Below, in pieces: positions 1 to 13,174 of a stretch of 64,000 nucleotides of DNA. Where the stretch lies: NCBI RefSeq assembly GCF_006345805.1, contig NC_042999.1:65906001-65970000 (forward strand). The letters run 5' to 3'. Every line of letters starts with the position of its first letter. The stretch's first letter is position 1. Below the pieces are notes generated by a model. The model was not told the origin of the DNA. It did no database searches and was given only the letters and a program-made list of their open reading frames with translations. Both the position numbers and the translations under genes were made by a program. This DNA comes from Octopus sinensis. Taxonomy: Eukaryota.

Positions 1-515
1 TATTTAAAATTCCTGATAGATGGTGACACTGAATAAACCATGAGTTTTGATACATTTTATCAGAAGAGAGAGAGAGATTTTCTCCGCGGTAACTGCATTC
101 TATTTGCCTCGTAGCTGTTTAAATATGTCACAAACAACTTTTAACTGACCTAAATTTTGCTCATGCCTAAACACTTTTTAGCGCTAACATTTTTTCGTCA
201 TACATATATATATATATATACATGTGTGTGTGTGTATGTGTGTGTATGTATGTATATATATATATATTTATATATAAATGAAAGAATGGAGTCGAACGAA
301 AATGGTAACAAAATTCCTTTACTCTCAACACATATTTCGAAGACCACATGGTTTTATTCATATATAACACACACATTTCTGCAAATGAATCCGGCGTTTC
401 TACCCTTGGACAGGTGGCTTCAAACGTGTTTCTGACGCGAATTTGCTACTCTGGTATCGGTTCAACGAATTTTCCAAGCTGACGATAAATATAGGATAAT
501 TCATTCACCTATTGA

Positions 516-516
516 A

Positions 517-579
<63 letters not shown>
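516..579. repeat. (TA)n microsatellite, one of dozens (others at 6940-7007, 18330-18410, 22270-22475, 42020-42200, 56515-56612)
   Basis: Read directly; these runs explain the poly-IY/YI ORFs. Confidence 0.99.
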
Positions 580-580
<1 letters not shown>

Positions 581-590
581 AATGGATATA

Positions 591-1784
591 TGGGTGTTGG
601 ACAAAATAATGAAAACAATTACCATCATAGCATCATAAATTTGAAATATCTATAAAACCGTCAAAAGCTTGTTTATTTTTATGTATTTGGAATTATTATT
701 AATGTTGCTCAATATGTTTTGCTAAAATTGCTGTTTCGTTTCAGATACCATCAGAAAAAGTAATTAAAATTCATTAAAATGACAGATCTGTCGATCTTTC
801 AAAGGGGTGAAATTGCTGGTGCTCGTATGGCAGGTGCTAGCATAACGAAAACAGCCGAGATATTTGGAGTATCAAGAAGTACTGTCTTCAAAGTAATGAC
901 AGCCTTTAACAAAGTGGGAGAAACCTCCTCGTCGAAACAAAACTCCGGAAGAAAACCAAAAGATTCAAATAGGGACCGTTGGACTCCTACGCGAATTGTT
1001 AGAAAGGATCACAAAAGTACAACTCCCAAAATTGCTGCAGAACATAATGACCACCTCGACAATCCAGTTTCTATAAAAGCTGCACAAACCCGGAATTCAC
1101 ATCAGGGCTGCAATAAAAAAACCACTACTTTCAAAAAGAAACGTTGCAAAGAGTGGAATAAAAACCTACGGAATTGGTCCCTAGAGCAGTGGATGAATGG
1201 TATTTTCTCGGATGAGTCATCCTTTACCTTATTTCCGACCACTAGCGGAGTATACGTGAGGAGATTGCCAAAGAAGCATTTGACGCAGACTGCCTTCTTC
1301 CAACTGTGAAACATGAAAGAGGATCTGTGATGATCTGGGGCCTATGTCTTGCAAATCCATCGGTCCAATGGTTTCCCTTCATGGGAGAATTAATAGTCAA
1401 GACTATTTAAGCATTTTATCTGATCGAATTCATCCTATAGTTGCCGAACTGTTTCCGGGGGGAAATGCAATCTTTCAGGATGATAATACACCAATTCACA
1501 CAGCTAAACTTGTTACTGAATGGCACGAGGAACATTCTAATGAAGATGAACTTCTTACCTGGCCACCACAGTCCCCAGATCTTAATATTATTGAAAATTT
1601 ATGGCGCATTTTAGAAAAACAAGTAAGGAGTCGATATCCTCCACCAGCACTACTACAAGAATTGGATTCTGTTTTATCTGAATAATGGACAAAAGTTCGT
1701 TTGGAAAAGATTCAAATTTTGTGCGAGCCCATACCTCGTAGAATTCAAGCTGTAATTACTGCCAAAGACGGTCCTACAGAATAT
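591..1784 (+). mobile_element. Tc1/mariner-superfamily DNA transposon relic (Tc1-like, DD36E spacing); 3' end lost in a TA microsatellite
   Basis: The 5' end reads gggtgttggacaaaataatg next to a TA run, followed by a transposase pseudogene. I found no reverse-complement TIR at the 3' end; the sequence runs from ...PTEY straight into (TA)n. Confidence 0.9.
779..1784 (+). pseudogene. Tc1-like transposase pseudogene
   Basis: HTH start MTDLSIFQRGEIAGARMAGASITKTAEIFGVSRSTV, then IFSDESSFTLF, PTVKHERGSVMIWG, FQDDNTPIHT, WPPQSPDLNIIENLW and IPRRIQAVITAKDGPTEY. At least four frameshifts and an in-frame stop near 1684. Confidence 0.93.
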
Positions 1785-2775
1785 ATATATATATATCTAT
1801 ATACAGAATATATCTATATCTATACCTATATATGTATTTATGGATGTATGTATGAATATATATGTATGTGTGTATGGACTAATGTACTTTTCTTTGTTCC
1901 CTGAACAAACGCCTCATGGTAACCGCAGGTAGTAAAAAATGTAAAAATTTATCTCTAATATTTCACTCTGTTTCTATAATTTAAAAATCATATATGATAA
2001 CATCATGTAATTAATAGCGGAAATTACTTTTGAAATATTCATAGATTGTTCTATATGTTTGAGAATGAGATTGTTGTGAGATGGTTGCACGAATGTCGCG
2101 ATTGCTATGAGTAGACCGGCAACATAAAACACTTCAACCCTTGATGACATACAGAGAAATGTCACTCAACTGATTGGCACAATGTTACATACATTCTCCA
2201 GCCTCTCTCCTAGACGTGCTGCCACCCCACTATGTTTTTTGCCGCTCTGACAATGGTCCTTGTTCCGAGGAGACGCCTGTCACATGTTATTCTACTCAGT
2301 ACCTCTGAACTTAGTATCTCTCCTGCCTTCATAATACGTATTGTTTATAACGAGAGATATTAATCTTCCCAACGAAAGTTGCCCTTTGTCTTTCATTTCC
2401 ACTATGTGAAAGGTCCGGAAATCTCGCTCTCTACTGTTGCCTGCAGTCATTTTGTGATAACAGTTTAAGAAGAACTTTGAAGACTAATTTCACCAGCTTT
2501 GGACAAACAGCAACACCTACAGACTGTATACCTTTCTCCAAAGTTAGCTAATAAAGGAATAATCTGATAATCCGTCAGGATATTAAGCCATTCTAAAATG
2601 CATATGGTTTTAGACCGGCGTGAACATAATCCCAAACTGCAAACAGGTACGTGCACATGCATGCACTCATACAAGCATACATATATATATATATATAAAT
2701 ATACATAGATATACATATATGTGTGTGTGTGTGTTTGTATATATATATATATACAGTCGTCATGATAGATCGTTA

Positions 2776-2955
2776 GCCACTACACACATTTTTTTCTCTC
2801 CTTGTTCCTCCTGTGTCCCTTTCTGTAGAAGAGCGTAGGCTCGAAACGTAAAAGACTTTTTCTATTCCTGAGCGTTATACTAATACATCTGTTTGTTTTG
2901 TACACCACCTGTCTTCGTCTTTTGTTTTTTTCGTAAACTCTCCCTATATATATAT
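2776..2955 (+). mobile_element. Penelope-like terminal fragment carrying a hammerhead-like fold
   Basis: T-rich segment between microsatellites containing cttt-CTGTAGA-a-gagc-gtag-gctc-GAAA-cgta-aaag. The Penelope assignment is inferred from the ribozyme type. Confidence 0.55.
2819..2854 (+). ncRNA. Minimal type I hammerhead-like motif with variant core (CUGUAGA)
   Basis: Stem I cttt/aaag, stem II gagc/gctc, GAAA, palindromic ACGU helix III, cleavage triplet GUA. Core position A6 is U. Confidence 0.6.
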
Positions 2956-3021
2956 GTACGTGTGTGTTTCTTCTATGTGTATATGTAGGTATGTATGTAT
3001 ATGTGTCTGTATGCATGTATG

Positions 3022-3052
<31 letters not shown>

Positions 3053-5934
3053 GTATGTATGGATTGATAGAAGACCGGATGAATATATGATGTATGATGA
3101 TAAGAGTTTAGTGTTGCTGCTTTGTTGGTCTAAGCTGGATTCCACTGCCTATCATTCAGGTTATATTTACTTTACCGACGAGCGATTTATCATCTATACC
3201 TGTGGGGTACTCACTTTCTGTCCCCGCACGCGGAAATAAACGTCACTGGACTCAACAATGGCAACTTTTCAGGCCGCAGCTTTCGAACTTGAGTTTCTGT
3301 GATATGAAGAAATTACTGCTAGTTGCCAGACGACCAAATGAGATTGATACACTACATTATGTTATTGAGAACATTTCTTTCTCTTTTTGTTTTGTCCATG
3401 GAACAGAAAACGTCGAGATGTAACTCTGTACTGGTACTCACTTTATTCGTATATCTCATTCACTTTTATTTCTTTATCGAAGGAAGTTAACAGAAGTCCG
3501 TTAAGTGATGAGTAGTTCCTTTCAAGTGGAAGCTCACAGAAACCTATAAGTCTCGCCCTTCTATAGTCATTAGCCACCAGTACGTGTTCAAAGAGACAGC
3601 TACGCTAAAGATTCCTGTCAACCTTAATTATATCTAACATGTTTAGTGTTCTACTTTCCAGCAGATATTCTGTTTGGTTACTTTATGTTTTCTAGATTTT
3701 TCTTTGATGCCTATATAGCATCCTACTGCATATAATTGTACAAATACTTTTCTTAATTTTCATTCCAGATTTAATATTTCCCTTAATTAATGGATTTTCG
3801 TTTACACACAAAAGTAGTGTTACATACAACATTGAAAATATATAATACTTGTTGCAGCATTATAGCTGATAACCATTGTTTGTAGTAGTTATTTATTACT
3901 TATGGAGATTTTTCTCATTTAATCCCACACACACATACACACACGCACGCACACACAGACATATACACATATACACAAATACTTATACACATATAAGTAT
4001 TTGCCCTTGATATACCTACCTTTTTTGTAATAGATCAATGCATTTTGCTTTTTCCTTTAAACTTAAGTGCAATTTTTGAGTGAAAAGTATAAAAGCAAAT
4101 AAACATGAGTGAATGTCAGTAGTTAAGAGGAAAGAACACCAAGAAATAAGAGCAATGTATTATTAACGTTCATAATAAGTACGATAATTGTGCGTTATCG
4201 ATACATTCACTTAAACAGGGTAACGTTTTAAGTGATTTGCTATGCTAAACTTCACCGAAGACAACCTTACACCAACACCTAATGGTCAAAAGAAATTTGC
4301 GTTAATTACACCTTACTACAATTTCTTGAAGTTGTCAAAATTAGTTAGTGTCTTCGAAACGCTTAGCCAAGTTATCGGAAGTTTTCCGTTCATAATACAC
4401 CGTCTTGTCCAATATTTCTGCCACAGAGTCAGAGGTGGACAAGCATTTTTTTTACATGATCTCATATGAGTAGTCAGTTGTAGTGCCTAATATTTTCAAA
4501 CTTTGAGAACATTATCAACGTTGAGACTTCAACGGTGGATTAGAGCGCATACTGAACTTAGCGCCAGTGACAGTCATGTCACGATAATAACCGTTTTTTT
4601 ATGCTAGTGGAAGTACATGAAACCTCCAGTCATTACCTATAAGTATAGTATTATCTGCTTTGCGGAATGTGATACCGCATTTTACTATTGTTACTAAAGC
4701 TGTCATACACAATTCCCTGAAAGTTCACTCAACGAAATTATAGCCATTGCCAGATAACATTAATATCTATTAATGTTAGCGTAAACCATATGCTTGGATG
4801 AAAAGTAAGAAGAGTTAGGAAAACGAATTCTGTTAAACAAGCGATATGTCGTCTGTAATAAATATACATAAATATACACATACACGCACGAACATACACA
4901 CGCACGAACAGGCACACACAAACACACATACATGTAATCATTCGTGTCACATATATATTCGTTGAAGGTATTTAATGCCAGAGCCATTTGGCGGAAAGGA
5001 CTTCGGAATGGAACATATAATTACAATAAGGTAAAGGTTGTTGTATTATAAGCAATAATGTACTTTCAATAAAATTATAGAGAATCTAAAGAATATCATA
5101 TCACCCGTATTGCAAAAATGTCAATGATACTGCATCTTATTTATTGATGTTCTCAAAATGTATAGGTCTAACATCAATGGAAGGGAAATAATGTTACAAT
5201 GAAAAAACAAACAGACTCTTGAAATCCTAATGCTGTTTTTCCATAACACAGGCTGTTATATCTTACTGAGTGAAGTGAATTGCAAACTAGACGGTAAGTC
5301 TATCAATAGCTGTTAACATCATTTCTGGATAAACAACCGTACACATAAATACAAATGTGAACCAGAAATATTATGCTATCCTCTGGAGAAATATATCAAT
5401 CGTAACAATTTTTATATAAACGATAAATATGCTGAAATTCATTTCGAGATATTATGTCAGGAATAACTTTTTGGAATATTTGATTGGTCACAGGAATAAA
5501 AGCATCCCAGTGAGATGAAGAGGAGATAATCATAAAAAGAGGTGGAATTAATTTCAAATTCGGCAGCTTCTGAACATAAATCACAATAGAACAAATATAT
5601 ATATATATTCAATGAGTAATGCAAGGATTGGTTTCTACATGGGCTATAATTAAAACGATAAAAAAATAAGGAATTCGAGGAAACAACGAAAAGTAGAAAC
5701 TACTATAAGATTTAGAAACAACATGTAATCCGTAAAGTTGCTTAAGTAGTTGCACACGCATACATATACACATACACACGCATATATATATGCATGTATA
5801 TATATACATTACATACATATGTACATATATATATATATATATTCATATATACATATATCTATATATATGCATATACTTATATATATGTATATATATGTGT
5901 ATATGTACATGAATCTTTCTCTCTCTCTCCCTAA

Positions 5935-5967
<33 letters not shown>

Positions 5968-5997
<30 letters not shown>

Positions 5998-6058
5998 TGT
6001 ATGTATGTATGTATGTATGTATGTATGTATGTATGTATGTATGTATGTATGTATGTAT
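5968..6058. repeat. (TATG)n microsatellite (also 3010-3062 and 61519-61679)
   Basis: Read directly. Confidence 0.98.
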
Positions 6059-6589
6059 ATTTCAGTTTTATCAACAAACATATTCCAGTTTCATCTTTTC
6101 CATTACAAAGATTTCATATTTCCGTAGAATATCTTGTAGTTTATTTGGTTCAATACGATTCCTATATCCAAATTCACAATATTATCTTCGGCATATGAAA
6201 TAAATTTGTTCTCTGTAACATTACTTTTATAGTGGTCGAATGTTTGTAGATGGTATCACCAAATGTCTTCCAACTGTTTGTCGTTAAGACACCAAACTTC
6301 TTAATTTTTTTAAGTACAATTTTCTTGGTTTATTATACCAATATATGTGGAGTGAGTTATCAACAATAAGGAGAACAGAAGAAATCTAACAGAAAACAAA
6401 CTGTTAATGAGCAGTGTAACATACAAGCGAGGTTGTAAATGTAGAAATTGCAAACCTCAACTTATATCGGAAATACAATTACAAAATGCTCTCGTTGGCG
6501 TACTATACTTACAAAACAAGAAGGAATCTCAACAGGCTGTAACGCAAACGGCATAACACATTTTGTGCATGAGTAAATGTGTTTTAGGC

Positions 6590-6925
6590 TTTATTGTTTA
6601 AGTGTTTCAGTCATTGCACTGCGGGCATGCTCGAGCATCGTCTTGAAGAAGTTTTTGACGAATGAATCGAGTGCAGTACCAATTTTTATCCTTTTTAGCC
6701 TGGTACTGATTCTGTTGCCTGTTTGCCGAACCGTTGGACACAAAGACAAAGACATAGAGATATGCGCTTCGTTGAGTTTCCGCCTACCAAATTCACTCAC
6801 GAAGTTTTTGTCAGCCCGAGGCTATAATATAGAAAACATCTGTCCAATGTGCCACGCAGTGGGACTGAACCCAGAATGAAGAGGTTGAGAAGGCAGCTTC
6901 CTACAACAGAGCCACGCCTGCGCCT
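6590..6925 (-). mobile_element. SINE family C, diverged copy
   Basis: Homologous to the 25218-25672 copy; minus-strand head aggcgcaggcgtggctctgttg. Confidence 0.85.
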
Positions 6926-6934
6926 GTTTGCGTT

Positions 6935-7010
<76 letters not shown>

Positions 7011-7529
7011 TGCGCGTGTGTGTGTATGTGTGTGTACAAAAAGGTATGAGTTTGTCTGTGCATATATACGTACATGTATACAAACATGGCATAATGTGAT
7101 CCGAAAAGTTCTTGGCAGTGAGTGAACAACAAGCATATATATTAACCGTATAGCTTCAACAAAACCGAAGGTAATCAATCAACAAACTATATTAATCAAC
7201 GTATGTTATACACTTTCTCCCATATCTAATTTGATGGAGATATCGATAATATGACTGTAAATATACAGTTCAGTTTCAGCATCAATATTTGCTAATTGTG
7301 CAATTATAAATTCATAGTTGGGTGGAAACAGAACATGGTTAAGTGACCAAAGAAATTCATTATCATTTATTTATATAGGTATGTATATGTATATTGTGTA
7401 TGTTGTTCCTCCACTTATTTCTACATGCATGTTGGTCTTAGTATACACAATATATAAGGTGATTACATATATATATCACAAGATTAAATTATGGAATTTA
7501 TCCAGTCCTCGTACCTATCAGTATATATA

Positions 7530-7590
<61 letters not shown>

Positions 7591-7819
7591 TGCATACAGA
7601 CTTAAATACGTCTTACGAGATTACGGAAAATTTCAATGTTTTCGAATATTCTTGTGTTGTAGCTTGTTAGAGCGATTTGAACTTGATTTGAATGTTCTAC
7701 GTTCTTCGTTTCGAATCCAATTCCTCAGTCTTATAAGATCGTGAAACAATATAGGGAAGGATATTATTATAATAATTTCTAAGAGTGACATTATGCTTCA
7801 AATATTCCGAGAAAGAAGA

Positions 7820-8360
7820 GTAATCGATAACTTCGACCTCAGTATTTAACCGGTAGTTATTTTATCAACCTCGAAAGAACGAAAGGCAAAGTGCTTGGCA
7901 GCGGAATGTGAACCCAGGACAGGAAATAACGGGAGAAGTTTATGTAAGAATGTTGTGCCACTCAATAACGATACTAGCATCTCGCTGCTTTCACAGTGGC
8001 TTCAAATAGTGGTTTCTACTTTTGTACAAGGCGAGCTATTTTGAATGAGGAGCAAGTCGGTTACATCGGCAACAGTATTCTATCGACCCCCAAGATGTGA
8101 AAGGCAAAGTCGACCTCCTCGGTGGAATTTTGAACTTAGAACGTAAAGAAATACAAAATACCGCTGAGGTTTTTGCACGACGAGCTGAACGTTCTTGCAG
8201 CTGACCGCCTTACCGTGCTAAATATCGATTCCAAATTTTGTCACGTGGTCAGCTAGTCCAAGTGAGTGATCTAATTGATTACATCGACCCTAGTACTCAT
8301 CTGTTATCTATTTTGTCGACCCCGAACGGCAAAGTTGATCTCAACAGAATTTGTGCCGGG
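7820..8360 (-). mobile_element. Cluster of three old SINE family A fragments (about 7820-7990, 8050-8212, 8255-8360)
   Basis: Degenerate matches to atcgaccccgaaaggatgaaaggcaaagtcgacctcggcggaatttgaactcagaacgta. Confidence 0.7.
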
Positions 8361-10354
8361 TCAAATATTTATAACAAGATACTATAATAATTGTAGTCGT
8401 CTAATAGTGCACACTCTTCAACAGTTAGTTATTTTTCTTGATCGTTGACAATATATACTGCTGTTGAATTCGAACACATAATTCAATTGTTCATTACTAA
8501 GCACTGCAAGGCGTCCTTTTCTCCACCCCACCTACCGTGTCTGCCATATCACTGATCTTTATAGCAATATAAACAACTTCGATTTAATCGACTATACACT
8601 TAGTCTCTGCTCAAACTGATCACATGATGGATGAAACGAATCGTATATTATCTAATGGACCAACATGATAAATCCAATTATAATATAATTTATAACTGTA
8701 ATGTAGTTTAGCTAATTTCTGTTTATTATATTTATTCAAAAGGCTTTTATGTTTACACTCCTCTTTTAATTAGCTTCGATACAATAAATGTTATAAACGC
8801 TAAGCTATTTGCTATAAATATTGAATAACATACTGCAATGCTCCAACATACTTGATCAATATTTAATAACAAACCCCAATAAAGACTCCGCATTTTAAAA
8901 GAAAGAAATTATCAATTTATATCATTCAGTTTTAGTCTAGGAATAGTAGCCATGATGGAAAAATCAGTCGAAAGTGGGTAGCTTGTATAATATGATCGGA
9001 CTAGTATAATATGATGCCCCTCGATACATTTCTTAAATTCTCGATATGCGTATAAGCTATTATTGCGCCTGTTGTTAATGCTATCATCATATTACCCAAA
9101 GTCAGTATCTTTATCAAAGTCATTCCAGCTGGGTCAATCCTATCAGAGTTCAGAAATAATTTTCTGAGATGGAAATACGTGATTTGATAAATATTGCACT
9201 GCTGTTTCTAGCGGACTAAGAGGTTCTTTGTATGGCAATGACTTATACAGTCATAGCTGTTTTGTTGTTATTGTTTAGCCAAGGTTTATACTGAAGAAGC
9301 ACATGCTTGCTAATCCTATACATTATCCATTGTGTTCTTTCTATTCTAATACGGTAGAGTAGAATTTAAAGATCTGACTACTATTTCAAACATGACCACG
9401 ACTACACAAAGGCTCGTTTGTAGATGTAGCTAGAAGTTGTAGTTATTGGAGTTTAGCACCAAGACAACACTACAAAAATGTAATACAATCCCTAGCTGCT
9501 ATCATACCACTTTTTCTTTATATATGCATGATTAAATTATCCAAATCGCCCTGTTCACCAGAATGCTAGGGCGTCATTTGAGATTTCTCTGATATTTCTG
9601 AAAAATAAATCGATCACATGGAGTTACTCTCATTTGAACGTAGCTTTAAGTTATTGTTTAGCTCTAGTTCGATCTTGAACAAAATATCTATAGTCAAAAT
9701 ACACTACTCATGTCCCTTCCTGTGTTTTAATTTTTTCGGTGCATTTATTTTCTCTGTGTGGTTTGAGAATGATTTTGCGAATATTTCTAGCAAGCCGAAT
9801 AGTCAAATTAAAGAGGTAGTATACTCGGTGTCCTAGATCAAATTAGATTTTGCTAGAGGGAAAAGTCACCTTTGTAAGCATATTTAAGTCTTCTTTGGAA
9901 CTGACCAATGTTTCGCTAACTTGAATAGTCTAGGTTGAGCACATCGCTAGATAATGAAACAGTAATTCTCCCTTGTTGTTGGTTAGGTTATTATTATGTA
10001 ACTTATTTCTTGGCTGCCATCTTATTTCAGCAACACAAGCAGAAAATAAGATCTAATACTTCGATCCTTTTGGTCTATACACAACAATGTAATGATATAC
10101 AAATAGTAAAGCTGACGAAGCTGATCGGTGATTTTATTTTCATGTGGAGTTCAATATGCTCCATAAAACAGGTTATCTATAGTGCAAGGTGCACACCATA
10201 ATATTGAAAATTTCTTGACTGGTGTACGTTTTAACGACTTGGAAAGATGAAAGGTAACTTTAACCTAAACAGGATTCGAAATTAGACTGTAAATGCTGTT
10301 ATTAAACAATCGCATGAATTTTGTTCAGTTGATACACTTTTCTGGCAATGCATC

Positions 10355-10598
10355 GCCCTGCAGTATTACTTTTGCTCTTTTACTCTTTTACTTTTTTCAG
10401 TCATTTGTCGGCGGCCATGCTGGAGCACCTGCCTTTACTCGAGCAAATCGACTTCAGGACTTATTCTTTGTAAGCCTAGTACTTATTCTATCAGTTACTT
10501 TCGCGGAACCGCTAAGTTACGTCGATGTAAACAAACCACCATCGGTTGTCAAGCGATGTTGGGGGGGGGGGCACACAGACACACAAACACAGACATAG

Positions 10599-10641
<43 letters not shown>

Positions 10642-10795
10642 CGACGGGCTTCTTTCAGTTTCCGTCTACCAAATCCACTCACATGTTTTGTTTGGCCCGT
10701 GCCTATAGTAGAATACACTTGCCCAAAGTACCATGCAGTGGGACTGAACCCGGAACCATGTGGTTGGTGAACAACTTACTTACTACACAGCCACT
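10355..10795 (-). mobile_element. SINE family C with internal (CA)n/(TA)n
   Basis: Co-linear match to other family C copies; CORE-like segment cacttgcccaa. Confidence 0.9.
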
Positions 10796-12129
10796 ATAAG
10801 AATTATTGTTAAGATTTACTCCGCGTGATATTAATTACAGTATTTTCAATAAATATAGTACCTTTGCAGACGATTGAACTAATAACAATCTAAAGGTGTC
10901 TTGAGATGGGACGTGTCTTTGTGAGTCAATGAATTACAGAACTCATTATTCTGAATGATGAACCCATTAAATTCTAGAATTTAGAATATGATGACTCGGT
11001 ACACTGGATTAAAAGAACAATTTTGTCCTTTTAGCGAGTGAGAACGCTGTATATTTGATTTCTTAGACAGTAATATCTACACGACTACCAAAGAATATCC
11101 TCCATTGATTTCTTGAAAGCTAAGCCTACGATTAGGCTCACCCACTTAAAGGACTTACGCTTGAGATGAAATTCTAGCTAAGTAAAAAAAAAACGAAAGA
11201 AAGAAAACACTAACGTAATTATAATTATTGTATTGTAAACGAATTTCGATGTATTAAACTCTATCTTGGCTTGTTTTCTGCATCGAGACTAAGATTTCCC
11301 TATTAATTGCTAGCATTTGCTCATTATGTAATATTTAACTGTTTTCTGTACCGTTATTAAGCTGCTTCTTTATTCCACCTCACGTCTCTATAGCAGTTCC
11401 AGCGATCTATATCTCGAGGGAATCAATCGAGCAAAATAGCTGTTTTAGTTGAATTTATATTTGATATAATTTTTAATGGAAGATCCATAGAAATATCAAA
11501 TATTGGAAATGCATTTATTAAAATATTCATAAACCATAATGATATGGTATTTATTTTCCAGTTAGTTATATGCATATTTGCGTTAAGCGTTCACACGCAT
11601 ATACATATTTATGAAATAGTCTGTATGCACAAACATTAAGTTTATGTGTAAGTGTATGCGTATAAGCGAAGGATTATATGTCAGTCGTATGTGTCAATGC
11701 GTATGTTGTTCATATATTCAAATTCTCTATTTCGTTTCACTTTTTTCACTTTATGTAAAATAGCATGTTAATGGTCGACATAGAAACGTTTACATAGACA
11801 GATATATATGTACGTGTGTGAATTTGTGCATGTGCATGTGTGTGAGTGTTTATGAGTGTGTGTGTGTGTGTGTGATGCCTCATTTAAATCGAAATCCTTA
11901 AAATGTGTGTTCAGCACTACAAATTAGAAGTATGCTGTCACCGATGAATTGTATCTCTGACCTGATTTCAATTTTTGATCGGTGCCAGGCAGTTGGTGGG
12001 TTTTGGTTTGTTAGAAATAAGAGAGAGACATTCCTCTCAAAATTACTCCACTCATCTTAGGAAAGCAGTACACATTAAACATAGCCCATAGCATACAGTT
12101 CCTCCACAATTCCCTCCCGCATTGCCCAC

Positions 12130-12200
12130 TGGCATATGGCGTGGAGCACGGGCTACTAACCCCAAGATTCCGAGTTCGATTCTAGCAGTGACCTGAACAT

Positions 12201-12268
<68 letters not shown>

Positions 12269-12475
12269 TAATAATAATAATAATAACAACAACAACAACA
12301 ATATCGAAAAATACCATAGGAACGAGAACCCAGGTTCGAAATTTCCTCAAGACACCTGATGAAGGCTGGAGGATATATCAGCCGAAACGTTGTGTTAACA
12401 ACAAACAAGATGAAGAAAATATCCGTCTAATGTAAATAATGTAAATAATTCCTCATCTCTTAAATATAGAACTCT
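12130..12475 (+). mobile_element. SINE-like element: tRNA-like Pol III head, trinucleotide microsatellite, hammerhead-containing tail
   Basis: A-box-like tggcatatgg (12130), B box GTTCGATTC (12174-12182), (TAC)n(TAA)n(CAA)n at 12203-12300, hammerhead at 12351-12396, and an atgtaaata repeat tail. Confidence 0.7.
12351..12396 (+). ncRNA. Minimal type I hammerhead ribozyme with intact core
   Basis: gacac-CTGATGA-a-ggctg-(gaggatatat)-cagcc-GAAA-cgt-t-gtgtt. Stem I is 5 bp (one GU), stem II is 5 bp, helix III is the palindrome ACGU. Predicted cleavage is after U12391. Confidence 0.85.
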
Positions 12476-13174
12476 ATACAGTTCATCGTGATAGTGCAGG
12501 ACGTTTAATTCTGAACGTTTTTCTTCGACCATAGGCTTGTTGAATCAGGATTGACTTACGGCCACATTAGCAAATCTCGCCTGTTAGTAAATGTATCTCT
12601 TGAGTAACACCAGTATTATTTTGGAAATGCATGAAGGTTGCAAATTCCTGTTAGCTGTCTTGTGCACACAAAGAAGATACATCTCAGGGAAGAATGTAAT
12701 GAGCAAAATTTTGATCAAAGCCATATCATTTAACCCGCTCTGCTATATATTAAGCATAAAAACCTATCTTCCAAAATTGTGTAAATCTGATCCCTGGTCA
12801 AGTACAGACAATATTAAAATATGTTTGCATGCTTTATTAGCATTCTTTAAGAACATTTCCTCTTGTTATTTCCATATTAAATACCAGAATCCATAATTGG
12901 TAAATGATTTATTATTTGCTACATTTTGACTCACTGTATCTCGCACCGGACGTCAGATTACGACTTTTATGAGCTTTGTCTCCTCTCGTTACCCATAACT
13001 TATTATCTACGTTTGTTACACCAGGCAGATCTACAATACCTGTGCATAAATACTACTGAAGATACATTGATGATTATTACCTAAGCTCTGACCAGCGTTA
13101 TTAACAAATGAACGTATTTGATTCCTATGAAGCAGCTAACTTTAGTTGTTACAGAATACCTAGCTGCGATTGTT

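Noticed and set aside
7697-7730. Minus-strand CTGAGGA...GAAAcgaagaacgta hammerhead-like string
   Set aside because: Helix III is possible, but stem II needs core bases and stem I does not pair.
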